This document shows positions 23,221 through 35,463 of a DNA stretch of 64,000 nt, one piece after another. This DNA comes from Bilabrum cf. latius. Its lineage: Eukaryota. The position numbers were made by a program, and so were the translations under genes. The notes below the pieces were generated by a model. That model was not told the origin of the DNA and made no database searches. It worked only from the letters and a program-made list of their open reading frames with translations. The stretch is taken from assembly GCA_965178125.1 (NCBI GenBank), contig OZ237753.1, positions 868,001 through 932,000 on the forward strand, given 5' to 3'. Each line of letters begins with the position of its first letter. Within the stretch, counting starts at the first letter, position 1.

Positions 23221-26200
23221 ATGCGGCTCCCCGACCACTTTGCTTGCTGTGTCTGCGAGAAGATGTCAGGCTCAGCCGTCGCCCCTCTCCTGATACACAT
23301 AAACAACAATCTTAAGCCAGATTTCGGTGCCTATAAGCGGACTATTGAGCAAATGGAGGCAGTCCTGAGATTGGCAATGCAAGCGGCTGCGACGTCAGCC
23401 CCAATTCCATCTCTGGCTCCAGAGCCCACGGCTGTCGATGTTCTTCCTGGAATTAGTAGCAATGAAAGAGATAATCCGGTTTCAGAACCGGCTGCGAGCA
23501 ATTTAACGGACGTGCCACCCGTAGCCACGCCTTTGCCACGGGGCCCTTCCAACGTTCCTGAACACAACGACGACGACAGCTCAGCCCTGTACGTAATGAT
23601 TGCCGCAGCGAGCCTCGTGGCTATAGCTGTGGCTATTATTTTTATGATGAGGACGTCTAGTGTACAGCCAGAGGTTTCCAGCGGGAAATTGAGAGCAGAT
23701 CGAATCGCTGCCGAGGCTACTGCGGTGAATGTCTCAGTTCGAACGTTTGTGGATGCAGCAAGAGATGTTCACGCTGAAGGTCTTCAAGAGATTAATCGCG
23801 GAATGCACCGCGCGGTTCGTCGGCTGCTCTTAGCGGCAGAATTAGGTGCCCCTAAGGTCGACGACGAGCTGCCAGCGGTCGACGCAATGTATAGGCTCAA
23901 GATGGCTGTGGCCGCTGCGCCGCCTGGTGCTGCCTGGGCCAAAGATGTGAGTGCATCTTCTCGTATCTTACTTGATGCGATGTCATCTTGTCGATCGGCA
24001 ATTTTGCAGATTCCAGCTGGCACTCAGTTGGCGGAGGGGTCGCATTTGAGCGAGGAGCAGCAAGCAAGGGAAGCCGACCGCATCTCGCGGTTTGCAGAGG
24101 GCTTCTTATTCGCCTGTCGGCTTGGAATGGTTGCATGGCCGAGCGATTAGCCCGTGCAGCTGCCACCCACGACTGCCGGACCAGGTGGAGCTGCGGCGAG
24201 CGCATCTAGCAGCCCGCGCGTCACGGCCGCCCATGTGCCGGACCCCTGGATGCCCGCGGTGTTCTCCGGTGTCCGATCCAGGACCAAGGGCAGCAAGAAA
24301 AATCTCTCTGCGGGCGACACGTGGTTCTTGCCTCCTGCGGGCGGCACACCGGCCGAGTGGACGCACGCTTGCAACCTCATGGCGGTGCTGTGCAGGGGCG
24401 CTTCGGAGATGGCACGCCTGCAGGGGGCGGAGCAGGGCGCGAGGAGGGCCCGAGAGGAAGTGGAGCAGGGCTGTGTGGCGGTGGAGGTAGCCATGCAGGA
24501 CGTGCAGCGGGCAGTCGAGCAGGGGCTCGGACTGGGAGCCGGTCCAGGGGAGGGGCAGGAGCCCATGCTGCTGGAGGCTGGGGAGCAGGAGGGGCAGGGG
24601 CAGGGAGGTGGGGGAGGGGAGGAGCCAGTGGTGGTGATGCATCTGGATGATGACGAGGAGGGCGACTGGGGCGATGGGGTGGTGGCCGGGGCGGCGGCAG
24701 AGGGCTTGACCAATGCTGCAGCCGACCCCGCTGGCGGCGAGTGGGACCCTGCCGGAGCCGATGCAAGGGGAAAGGGACAGGAAGACGAGTAGAGCGGCCC
24801 GGTGATCCAATGTCTCGATGAAGACCTGACGAGTGGAGCCAGTGGGGAAGCATCTGCTCCTATTCAGGGTCACGTGCTGCTGCACGAAGATGGAGAGGAC
24901 GAGGACGAGGACGCTCGGGGCGGAGGGGGCGGATGGCAAGGCACTGCTGCCGATGCTGGCAATGCCGATGTGCAGGTGCTGCCCGGAGACGGGAGCGCCC
25001 CTCCTCTGACCCGGCTCAACGCCGCTGTTGCCAACCTGAGGGAGGCACTGGACAGGCACGAGCAGGCCGCCACGGGGCTGCACAAGGCCATCATGGGCCA
25101 CAAGCGGCTGGCAGCCATGACGCCCGCGAGCTGTGCGGCGCTGGAGGGGGCCGAGGAGGAGCAGCGGGCGGGGCACGCATGCAGGGAGCGCACCGTGGGC
25201 ACTTTGAGGAGGGCCTACGTGCTGGTGGGGAGGGCAGAGGCGCCGGGGGCACGACCCCGTCAGGTGACCATGATTGAGGATGGGAGCCAGTACAGCGAAG
25301 GGTCTGCCGAGGGGAGCCGGAGCGGGAGTGTGGATGGAGATGGAGACGGTGGTAGAGGCAAGGGGACAGGAGTAGCCGGGGCTGCTCCTGGTGTCGGCAG
25401 CTAGCTCCGGCCTCAGCGCGAGTCCAGCTTCCGCTCGGACAGGGGCGGAGGCAAGCCACCGCTTCTGCCGCCCAAGCTCGGGCACCACCGCAGCGTCAGT
25501 TCCAGCAGCAGCGCAATCGTAGCGCGACACGTGTCCAACGGTAGCGGCAGTGCCCTGGTGGATCTGGGCCAGGGTGGTGGCGCGGGTCACCATGGAGCCT
25601 TCATCTCCGAGGCCATCGCGCTGCAGACCATGTACCAGGAGCTGGCTGCCAAGGCGAGGCACGCGGACAACAAGCGCCACAAGGAGATTCTATAGGTAGA
25701 GAGGGAGACGAAGGACCAGTGGAGGCACGAGCAGACCATGGCACAGCAGCGGGCGCAGAGCAGGAAGGTCACCGACGAGCTGCAGGCCATGCAGCGGCAG
25801 GGCGTCACCGCCAGGGTGCGGGCGCAGGCGGACAAGCTGGCCGAGATGGCCGCTCAGGAGGCGAGCGAGGACAGAGATGCTGCCATGCGGCTGATGCTGC
25901 TGTCCGCCGCGGCCGCGCTAGGGTGCGCGACTCTCCTGCTGCTCGCTCGGCTGAGTCTGTCGGAGCTGGTGCCCGACTGCGCGGCCTTTTTGGCCGGTGC
26001 ATCGGGGGGACGAAGCGGCTCTGGTGGGGCGGGCCTCGGCCTGGGCATGAGCATGGCCATGGACTGGGCCCTCCGGTCGATCGACATGGTGCGCGTGGTG
26101 GGGTATTCGCAGTGCTACCTCTGGTTCGCCGTGCAGGTGGTGCTATTCGCTCTGGGGGCCTACGTGGCGGGCATGTTCAGCAGGCCGCTGCAGACCGGGG

Positions 26201-26940
26201 TGCTCGCTGCGGGTGTGCTGTACGCTGGTAGGAGCACCCTTGCAGTTGTGGCTGGGCGGTGGCACTGGGCGTTGCTGCTGCCTGCGGTGCATGTGCTGCT
26301 GTACGGCGCATCGCGACTCACCGGTGTGTGGGTCATCACTGGCGAGGAGGAGAAGCAGCTGGTGAGCATGGCGGCGAAGGGATCGGCGGGTGGAAATGAA
26401 GACCATCACGATCACGACGATGAAGAGGAAGAGGAGGAACACGAGGACGAGGATGAAGTGGAGGAGGAAGAAGAAGGGGGAGGTGGGAAGGGGCATTCGG
26501 CCAATCCAGGAGCCAAGCGGGGTGGCGCGGCGAGCGCAGGTGTCGAGAGCGGCCGGGCATCGAGGGCGGGGCGGAGCTGGGGAGCACTCCTGGTCAGCAG
26601 GCCGTCCCTGGACGCTCCACCCGCGGATCGCAGGGGCCGACTGCTCGGTGGCGTGTCGAGGGCTGCGTGGCTGTGGCTGTTGTGGCCGCTACTCGCCGTG
26701 GTGATCGGCGCCGCGGTGGGTTCGCTGCTGGCGTGCAGCGGGTTGGAGGAGTTCTGGAGCGCGGTGGATGGGCTGCAGGGCGTGGTGCTGTCCTTCGTGG
26801 GAGGCATGGGAGCTGGCTCGAGTGGTGGCGGGGCCGGAGCCGGCGAGGCTGGGCCAGGCACGGATGCAGTGGACCACGACCGGCTGGGCATGGCGAGGCT
26901 CAAGCAGGCATTCGAGGAGCAGTACGGGGACCTAGACTGA
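23221..26940 (+). CDS. Hypothetical ~1,240-aa membrane protein (N-terminal TM, coiled-coil/low-complexity middle, multi-TM C-terminus)
   Basis: Four ORF-track segments in one frame joined by TAG at 24148, 24790, 25402, 25693; ends TGA. Confidence 0.65.
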
Positions 26941-27116
26941 GAGGATGTGGTGAGCCTACCGCCGTGATGGGATCATCAAACGGGATGTTTCTCGGATTGA
27001 ATTGCTGTCTGTTTTCTCTTCTCCAATTATTCACTTCGAGAGAGGCTACGGCCGAGAGATCGCGACAAGAAAAACCACGACAAGGTTTTCACGGTCAATT
27101 GCATCACGGGGATGAA

Positions 27117-30100
27117 TTATTCGTGGCTACCCGTGGCGGCCTCGTTTGCCACTGCAGAGCGCAGCAAGCTCCTGAGGCGGCCCAGCACCCCCACGAGCGC
27201 CGGCATGTGTAGGGCAGCTTGCTGGTCGCTCTCGTCCTCCGCCTCTTCCTGATCCAGCTGCAGGGCGGCTTGGTCGTCGATCACCTGCGCGATCTGGGGC
27301 AGCATCGATGCGCATTCCTCCGCATTGACAGTGACAGCAACAGAGCCAGCTGGACCCCTCTTTCCCTTGCCCAAGCTGTCGTCGCTGTCATCTAACGAAC
27401 CGCCCCCGCCCGATGCACCGGCAGACACGAAGTTGCACAGAGCCTGGCACGCCAGCACAGATACCTCCCCGTATCTTCCCGAGGCATCCCAGTAGGCCGT
27501 GTCGGCGCACCTCCACAGCAGCATAGGTGCAGCCGACGGCATGGCGCACAGCATAGGGACGAACAGCTCGGGCCCAGGTGCATCCTCACCGCTTGCCGCC
27601 CTCTCCGCCATGGCATCCCCCAGCAGCCCCGTGCACGTCTGCCGCAGCACGGCCTGGTCAAGGATGGCCCCGCGCACAGCCACCCTGCCCCCGAGGTCCC
27701 CGCAGAGGTTCACCAGAAGACCCACACAGGCCCGCAGCACGGCCATGCCCGCGTGCGCTTGCGCCGACAGCACGTCGGAAGCAGCGGTCCGCAGGCCCGC
27801 TTGGTCGCCCTCCGCCTCCACAGCCTCGGCTGCCTCCTGCGCGGACTGCAGCAGCATGAGCCTCACCGCGAGGGCCTCCAGGACCGCGGTGACCAGCAGG
27901 TCCAGCATCCCAGAGGTGCGAAGGGCTTCCCTGGCCCGAGGCACGCGGGTCGAGTTGGCAAGGGCCTGGGCCGCGGCCATCTGTGCGCGCGGTGCCGAGT
28001 GCGCGAGCAGGAGGGCGCACAGGCGGGGAGCCGCCCCCACCGCGATGGAAGCCATGCTGTCCGCCGCGCGATCCATGCTCAGCTCGGAGTCAGGGTTCTG
28101 GACACCCCCAGACTGAGGCGGAGCCCCCTTGGCTGGCGCTGCGTGGAATGCGAGGTTGGTTAGGCACACCACGGCGTGCTCCACCAGCGAGGGGTGCGAG
28201 CCAAGGCGGGTGCAGGCAAGCAGCCTACCCAAGGCAGCGGCTCCCCGGTGGGCCAGCACCTGCCGCCCCGTGCCAACGTCGAGGCCCAGGTTTGCCAGCA
28301 GACGCAGGGCGATTGCTGCGGTCTCGGACCAGGGCGCTGCCTGGGCCTCCTGCTTGTCTCTCTCTCTCTCCCTGCCCCTGTTGCTGCCCTAGCTGGCCCC
28401 GCTTCTCGCCGACTCGCTGCTCGGGGGCCTCCCAGTGGACGCGGGGGAAAAGGGACGGGAGGACGCGCCCTCCCGTGCCCCCGCACCCGTGCCCGCCGCA
28501 GGAACTGCACCTGTGCCTGCGCCCGCACCGCCGCGGCTGCTGCTCCTTGAGTGCGACGACCGCTGTGCCCCGAAGGAGGAAGGCGGCCTCTGCGCCTCCG
28601 CTCCGCTCCCGCCGCTCTCCGGTGCCCCAGCCAGCAGTGCGGGGGAGGCGGCACCAGCCGAGGGCGTGCCGGGCACATCTGCGGGCGTGAGTCGCGTGAC
28701 CGACGCTCGCGGCCGGGCGGACAGTCCGCTCGGGGCTCGGATCCGAGGGGCTCGCGCGGAGCTCTGCGAGCTGCGGGGCCTGGAACCAAGCGGGTCACCA
28801 TGTCCTGGGTCACCATCCTAGGCCTCGATCGAGTCGGCAGCGTTCGCGACAACCGCCCAGAGGGCATCCACGGCGGTGGGCGCGCTGGGCAAGCCAGCAG
28901 CGGCGGCATCAGGGAGCAATTTCCCCTCGGTTGCCCGCCTGCCATCTGCTCGGTCCTCGCTGCTCGAGGCGCTCCCCGCTGCTGCCACTGCGGCCCTCAC
29001 TTTGCTGGACTTGGCCGCCGCCTCGCACAGGGAGAAGGCCGCTCTGGCCAGCACAGGCAGGCTGCGAGAGGGCGAGTCCCAGCCTCCCCCGGCGGGGATT
29101 CCAGCAGCAGAGGCAGGGCTGGGTGCTGGGCCAGTTGTCCGGCTGACAACAGAAGATCCCACGCCTGTGCTGGGCCCAGGCCTGGCCCCTTCTTCTTCTT
29201 CTGCTTCTTCCTCTTCTTCTTCTTCTTCTCCCCCGGCGCTGTCTACACCCCGCCCCCCGTGTCGTTGACCGCGCACTGGAGGACACATGTGCCCGACCAC
29301 CGATGCCAACAGCCCCGCTAGCCGAGGGGACCGGTCCATGCGCCGCACCACCACGGGGTCGTCCGCCACTTTGGCCAGGGCACGGACCGCATTTCCGCAC
29401 ACCTCCTTGTACCTCCGCAGCCCGGCAGCAGCACTGACGAGTGCGTCCACGACCCCGTGGGTCACGAACGCCGCCGCGGCGCCCCTGCACAGGGCTATGT
29501 TCCGCAGGCACCCCGTCACCTGCACCGCCAGCTGCCCCGCCCGGCGTGCTGACGGCAACCCGTCCAGACTCTCCCTGCTGCCGCTGCCGCCCCCGCTGTT
29601 CTCCAGACCCAGCGCGGCATTCCTCCGGAGCCTAAATGTGTCGATGGACGCCGCCAGTGCTGCGGCCAGGGCGGGCGCGGCTGCCTGCTGGTGAGCCTGC
29701 CTCGCGTTGGGACGGCTGTTCGTGGCGTTCTTGAGCGCGCCAGCCAGGTACACGGCACCCTCGGCGTCCACGCAGGCCCGGTCAAACCGGAACTGGATGG
29801 ACGGGAGCTGAGCGGCGGGTCCTGCGCACCAGACCAGAGCATCCGACACCGGGTCCGAGCCACCGTCTGATGCGGAGGAGTCGATGCTCGACCCTGCTTC
29901 TTTCGCACCCGCTTCCCCACTTCCACTGCTCCTGCCGCCTCCTGCTTCTCGGCCCGCTCGCTCTCCCGCTGCCCTTAGCGTGGCAACAATGCTGCCGGGC
30001 ACACCTGCCTTGCCGGCCTCGGCGTCCAGCGCAGACTCCTTGGACAGCAGGAACAGCACGCGGGCGGCGTGCTGCCCCGCCTGGCGCAGGGGCTCAGCGG

Positions 30101-31586
30101 CGGCCTCCTCGCCCGGCAGCTGCCCCAGCACCTGTGCCATAGGACCGCCATTGGCCTTGGCCAGCCCAGGACCCTCCTCTTCCTCCTACACTATGCCTCC
30201 CTCTGACCTGGCTGGGGCTGGGGCATGCATGTCTCGCAGCCGTAGCAGCTCTCGCCTGTCCACGGCGGAAGAGCGCACGAGACGCAGGACCAGCCTCGCG
30301 ATCTGGAAGCGGTCCGGTGGTGAGGCACTGTCTGCCGTTCGGAGCAGCTTCCTGGCGATGCGTCTGCGTTCTCGCCAGCCCACGCGCATGGCAGCACGGG
30401 CAGCTTCAGCCACAGTCTCGGCCACCCTCCCACCCCCACTCCCACCCGCCTGCCCACGACCTCCGGCCTAACCGGCACCTGCCCCACCATCGTGCCCCCC
30501 TACCCCATCGCCCCCCAGCCCCAGCCCCGCCTCCCTCGCCAGCTCCCTCAGCATCTACCCCTCGTCCTCGTCTTCGTCTGCCCCCGATCCATCTCCTGCC
30601 GCCCTACCGCTGTCCCCGACCCCGGCACCATACGAGCCCTCGCCATCAACCCCACCACTCCCCAGCGCGCCGTACATTGCCTCGATGGACCCTGCCAGGC
30701 CGTCGATCGAATTCCAGCACTCGACCAGCTCATTACCTGCCCCCTTCCCTGTAGCCCCGCCTCCCGGCCCGGGCACCCCATCCCCATCTCCATCTCCGTC
30801 TCCATCTCCGCTTCCAGCGCCGGCCCCTCTCGGCCCCTGCAGAAGTCGGGCCAGCGCGATACTGGCCGCGCCTGCCCGCTGCACGAGCTCCGCAGACCGC
30901 TGCAAGAGAAGCTGTTCTAGTGGGGTGCGGTGGGGCGAGGGGATCGATTCCTTCGATTGCTGCGCGGCGCTGGCCGCTGTACCTGTCGTCGGAGATGCTG
31001 CCGCGGCGGTTTCAGCGCCTTCGTTCGCTTCCCCGAGCACCAGAACTTCGGCGCCATCCTCTACTCTGGTAGGTTCAGGCAGATCTACAGCAGACGCTTT
31101 GAAACCGCCGTCGGCTCCGGCGTGCAGCGCCGGGGTGGCAAGTCGAGCTGCGATAGGGGCTGCGCTGGACGCTCTCGCCTGCGCCGTTCCTGGCCGTGAT
31201 GCTCCGGCGGAAGCCCTTGGGTCGCCTACTGCAGACCACGGACGAGACTAGCTGGTAGGGCGCTCAAGATGTGTCTGCCTATCGAATCGTTCGCGTGATC
31301 GGCGTCTCCGCTCCGCAGTGCCCGATACGAGGTGCCGAGAATCATGTTGCAGCGAGCCATGAGGTGTCTGAGGCCGCAGCAAACCAGATGGTGCACCCGC
31401 AAACATTTCAATTGACTGATCCTACTGCTCTTGTGAGCTCTGCGAGCCTCTGCTGCTGGCCGATCGAGCTCGTTCTGGCTGAATGGGAGGCGGAAGCTGC
31501 GTTGGACGGTGCCCAATGGCCGGAGCATCCCGAGCTTCCGTCCGAGCTTGCGCAATTAATGCAGCGATTGATCCTTGTCGTTCCAT
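27117..31586 (-). CDS. ARMC2: Armadillo-repeat protein, ARMC2-like (~1,490 aa)
   Basis: ARVLFLLSKE, VYLAGALKN, VQVTGCLRNIA, NAVRALAKV, RLLANL, CLTNLAF, CVGLLVNL, LACQALCNF; one frame with TAG at 31422, 31248, 30555, 30468, 30186, 28818, 28389; ends TAA. Confidence 0.75.
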
Positions 31587-31703
31587 TGACACTAGGGGCT
31601 GTTTGGTTGTTGATATAGTCGCCAAACCCAACGGCCGCGAGCATTTCATTGTACCGTGTGGTTGCTGTATTTTATACTCAGCAGCAGTTGCACCTGCACT
31701 AAT

Positions 31704-32510
31704 ATGATCGCTAGACGAGTTTGCGCGAGTTTCAGGGTTTTTTTGCGACGCTCTTATGCTTTGAGATTGTGTCATAATGATGTGAATGCGTTTGGAAGCC
31801 CACTTCCAGGCGCCTTGAAACAAGACGGGGACGGCCAAGATTGGGAGGGAGCCTGGGTAAAGAATGTCACCCCCTGGGACACAGCGACGCCAGCCCCGGC
31901 TATTGCATTTATGTGCCAGAGACACTCAAATATATTGGCCGGAGCGCAAAGAGTTCTTGTTCCAGGATGTGGATCTGGTCATGATGCGAGAGAGATCGCC
32001 CGACGCCTCCAGCTCCAAGAGAATCTGAGTGCAGCGACTGTCACCGGCTTAGATTTGTCTTCTACTGCCTCCAAGACTGCCGATTCACTGCATAGAGGCG
32101 ATCCTGACGGCGCAGCGCTGCTCGAAGCCGGCGCACTTCGCTTCGAGTCTGGCGATTTCTTCACTCACAGCCAAAGCATGAGCCCCAAGAGTGGGTATGA
32201 CCTTGTGTGGGACTACACCTTCTACTGCGCCCTCCCGCCATCAATGCGCCCCGACTGGGCAAAGGCCATGGGCGGCCTGGTCAGGCGCGGCGGGGGGCGG
32301 CTTGCGACTCTGCTCTTCCCAGTGGACGAGCACGAGGGCGGGCCCCCCTTCGCCGTGGACGTGGGGCAGGCCAGGCGGGAGCTGGAGGAGTTCGGCGGGT
32401 TCGAGTGCGTGGATCTGGTGCAGGTGCCAGACGAGCACAGCCTCAAACCAAGGCGAGGGCGGGAGTGGCTCGGGATCTGGAAGCTGGGCGACGATGCTGG
32501 GTCTGATTGA
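31704..32510 (+). CDS. SAM-dependent thiol/halide methyltransferase (TPMT/HOL family), possible N-terminal organellar presequence
   Basis: TPWD, VLVPGCGSGHD, GDFF, WDYTFYCALPP..R..W, GGPPFAV; Arg-rich, acid-free N-terminus; ends TGA. Confidence 0.85.
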   Translation: MIARRVCASFRVFLRRSYALRLCHNDVNAFGSPLPGALKQDGDGQDWEGAWVKNVTPWDTATPAPAIAFMCQRHSNILAGAQRVLVPGCGSGHDAREIARRLQLQENLSAATVTGLDLSSTASKTADSLHRGDPDGAALLEAGALRFESGDFFTHSQSMSPKSGYDLVWDYTFYCALPPSMRPDWAKAMGGLVRRGGGRLATLLFPVDEHEGGPPFAVDVGQARRELEEFGGFECVDLVQVPDEHSLKPRRGREWLGIWKLGDDAGSD

Positions 32511-32553
32511 TTTGGGGAGTGGCTCGGGATTCGTGGGCGACGATTCCTGCCCG

Positions 32554-32642
32554 GGGGCTGAGTGAGCGACTGGTCTTAATGGGGCTGAGTGAGCGACTGG
32601 TCTTAATGGGGCTGAGTGAGTGACTGGTCTTAATGGGGCTGA
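32554..32642. repeat. 27-bp tandem repeat, ~3.3 copies (GGGGCTGAGTGAGCGACTGGTCTTAAT) between convergent genes
   Basis: Direct inspection. Confidence 0.9.
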
Positions 32643-32777
32643 ATCTGGGTCGAACCTACATTCAATTCTTGGTTGTGCTCGCAGACCCAGCATCACTCAC
32701 GGACGGCCGGCTGGCCTATGACTGGGGGGAACATGCACAAGCCTCGATCTTGAGGCGAGGTGAGCACCAGCATCGGG

Positions 32778-35306
32778 TCATTCGGCCCAGGCGCCGCCCG
32801 TGTAGGTGGCAATGAAGGCGTACATCTCCGCGGCCTCCTGGATGACCATGCTCGTGGGCTTGCCCGACCCGTGCCCCGCATCGATCTCGATCCTGCCGAT
32901 GAGCGGGTTGGTCTGCTTGCCCAGCTTGCAGGCTGTGTGCTGCAGCTCGGCCAGCATCTTGAGGCTGTGGCAGGGGACCACACGGTCGTCATGGTCCGCA
33001 GTCATGATGAGCGTGGGGGGCAGCTGCCTGCCCTCGTCCTCCGTGGGCTTCACGTTGTGCAGTGGAAAGTACCGCAGCATGTACTCGAGGTCTTCTTCCT
33101 TGTCCGGGTCACCGAAATCGGAGCACCACGCGCTGCCGATGGTGTGCTTGTGGAAGGTCACCATGGTGACCGGCACCTGAGACACCACGCAGCCGAAGAG
33201 CTGGGGCTGCTGCAGCATGGTGGCCAGGGTCAGCAGCCCCCCGTTGCTGCCGCCCAGCGAAGCGATCTGCTCGTGGGTGGAGATGCCCCTCCGGACGAGG
33301 TCCCTGTTGACCAGGAAAAAGTCGTCGTAGGACCTCTGCTTGTTCCTCAAGGAGCCCGCCTTGTGCCACTCCACGCCGAACTCGCCCCCTCCCCGGATGT
33401 TGGCCACCACGAAGACACCCCCCACCTTCTGCAAGAAGGCCAGCCGGAAGGGGCTGAAGTAAGGGTTGATGCTGATGTTGAATCCGCCGTACCCGTACAG
33501 AATCGTGGGCGCAGGCTTGCCACTCTCCGCCACCTTCTTGGACCTAGTCACAAAGTAGGGCACCTTGACCCCATCCTCCGCCTCGGCCCACAGCTGCTCG
33601 CTCACAAAGTCGTCCGCGTCGAACCCCGGCACCTCGGCGTCGTACACTCGCTGCAGCAGACAGCTCAAGTCCCCGCTCGCGCCGATCTCGCTCTTGACCC
33701 CGTCCGCTGGCCGGATCGACTGCTCACCCCCTGGCTCGCCCCCCGCCACGGTCAGCTGGGAGAGATCCATGCGCCGGATGGCAGCGGGAGTCACAAAGCT
33801 GGTCAGCTGGAAGAAGATCTCGACGTCCTCCGGCTCCGAGGTGCTGAAGGAGTAGACCGACACGGCGTCGGGCAGGGGGACCTCGAACCGCGCCGCCGCC
33901 GGGTGCTCCAGCGACTGCACGTAGCACTTGTGCTTGCAGTCCTCCGCGTACTTGAGCAGCAGCCAGCCCCGGGGCCCGCCACCCAGGCTCGCGCTCTCCA
34001 GCACGACAGGGCCCTCTGCCTGGGGAACAACCTCCTCTGCGGCTGCCACTGCCTTGTCCAGCTGCTCCCTAGTGGGCTCCGTGGGCGCCCCGCCCTTCCA
34101 CGCGGGAGGCAGGGTGATCCGGACGATCTTGTTCCTCGGCGCGTCCTTGTTGCAGTAGAATAGGTGCGACCCGCTGCCCTTTGGGTAGGTGCCGAGGTAC
34201 TGGTAGAGCGCATCAAAGTTGTCCACTGCCTTGACCAGCCCGAGCAGGGGCGGCTCCGTGCCCGCCTCTTTGGCCGCGCGCACCTCTTCGAGCCACGCGG
34301 GGAACTGTTCCTTCAGGTCGGCGTAGAAGAGCCTGTTGACTGGGTCGCATCCGTCGTCCATCGACACGAGCAGGGTGTCGCTCTCGTCCGAAACGGTGGC
34401 CGAGAAGCGCCAGAGCGGGTGCTCAGGCGTGCGGAACACCACCACGTCTTCGGACTGAGGCGTGTGCAGCCGATGGAAGCACAAGAACTGATTCTCGTTG
34501 GCGTCAGTCTCCGTGCCCTGCTCCAGCACCTCCTCCGCCTCAGCTGCTGCATCATCATCGCCCTCTCCGCCGGCCGCGCCCTCTCCCGCTCCTCCAGCGG
34601 CGGCTCCCGATCCATCTGCATCCTCCCCACCGCTGAGCACCTCTGCTCCAGAGCCCTTGAGCCTTTCCTCCGCACCCTTGATCTTATCCGACGCGGGGTA
34701 CCTTGAGTAGAAGAACCCGCTCCCATCCTTGAGCCACTCGATCTGAGAGAACTTTGCGTGCTCGATCACGTCTTCGGGCAGGTCCTCGCCGTCCGCCGAG
34801 CGCACTTTGATCGTGGTCCAGTCGCTGCCGGCGTGCGAGAGGGCGTACGCGAAAAACTTGCCATCGCGATCCCAAGCAGTGGCTCGAATCGCCGTGGTTC
34901 CCTTCGGATACTCCTTATTCAAATCCATGAATACTTCAGGCTCTGCCATTGATTCAGGGGTGGCTTCTGTGCACCGGTAATGGATGTACTAGTTCAACAG
35001 CCCGGGATTCCGGTAGAAGTAATAGTGGTCTCCATGCTTCGCTGGCGATCCTTGCTTCGCGTAGCTATATTGGCTTTTCATCTGTTCAGCAAATTTGCCC
35101 GCGAGCTCCGCTCCACCCGTTCGTTCTAGATGCTCCTTGTACACCTTATCCTATGCCAACACGTACTCCTTCGTCTATTTCGACGCTGGCTGTTCCAGCC
35201 ACGCATACGGATTCTGTACGCGAATATCACCGGCGACATGGTCATTTTTCCGGCTGTCTTCATCTCTGCTTGCAGGTGGATACTCAATTTTAGTCACAGC
35301 CTTCAT
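32778..35306 (-). CDS. PREP: Prolyl oligopeptidase (S9A), ~842 aa
   Basis: NPYAWLE, GSDW, LYGYGGFNIS, NIRGGGEFG.EWH, GGSNGGL (Ser), DHDDRVVP (Asp), AGHG (His); TAG at 35175, 35151, 34989 in the conserved N-terminal domain; ends TGA. Confidence 0.93.
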
Positions 35307-35463
35307 TCTTGGACGAAAAAGTACGGTCTCGACACGTTGGGTGGACGTCACCACCGTGCCATGCACTTTCTACGGTGCGGAACACATGTGGTGAATTGAT
35401 CAAATATCGTGCAGGATAGCACGGCCCACGCCCGCATTCGCACACAATTGGATGCACCTTTCT

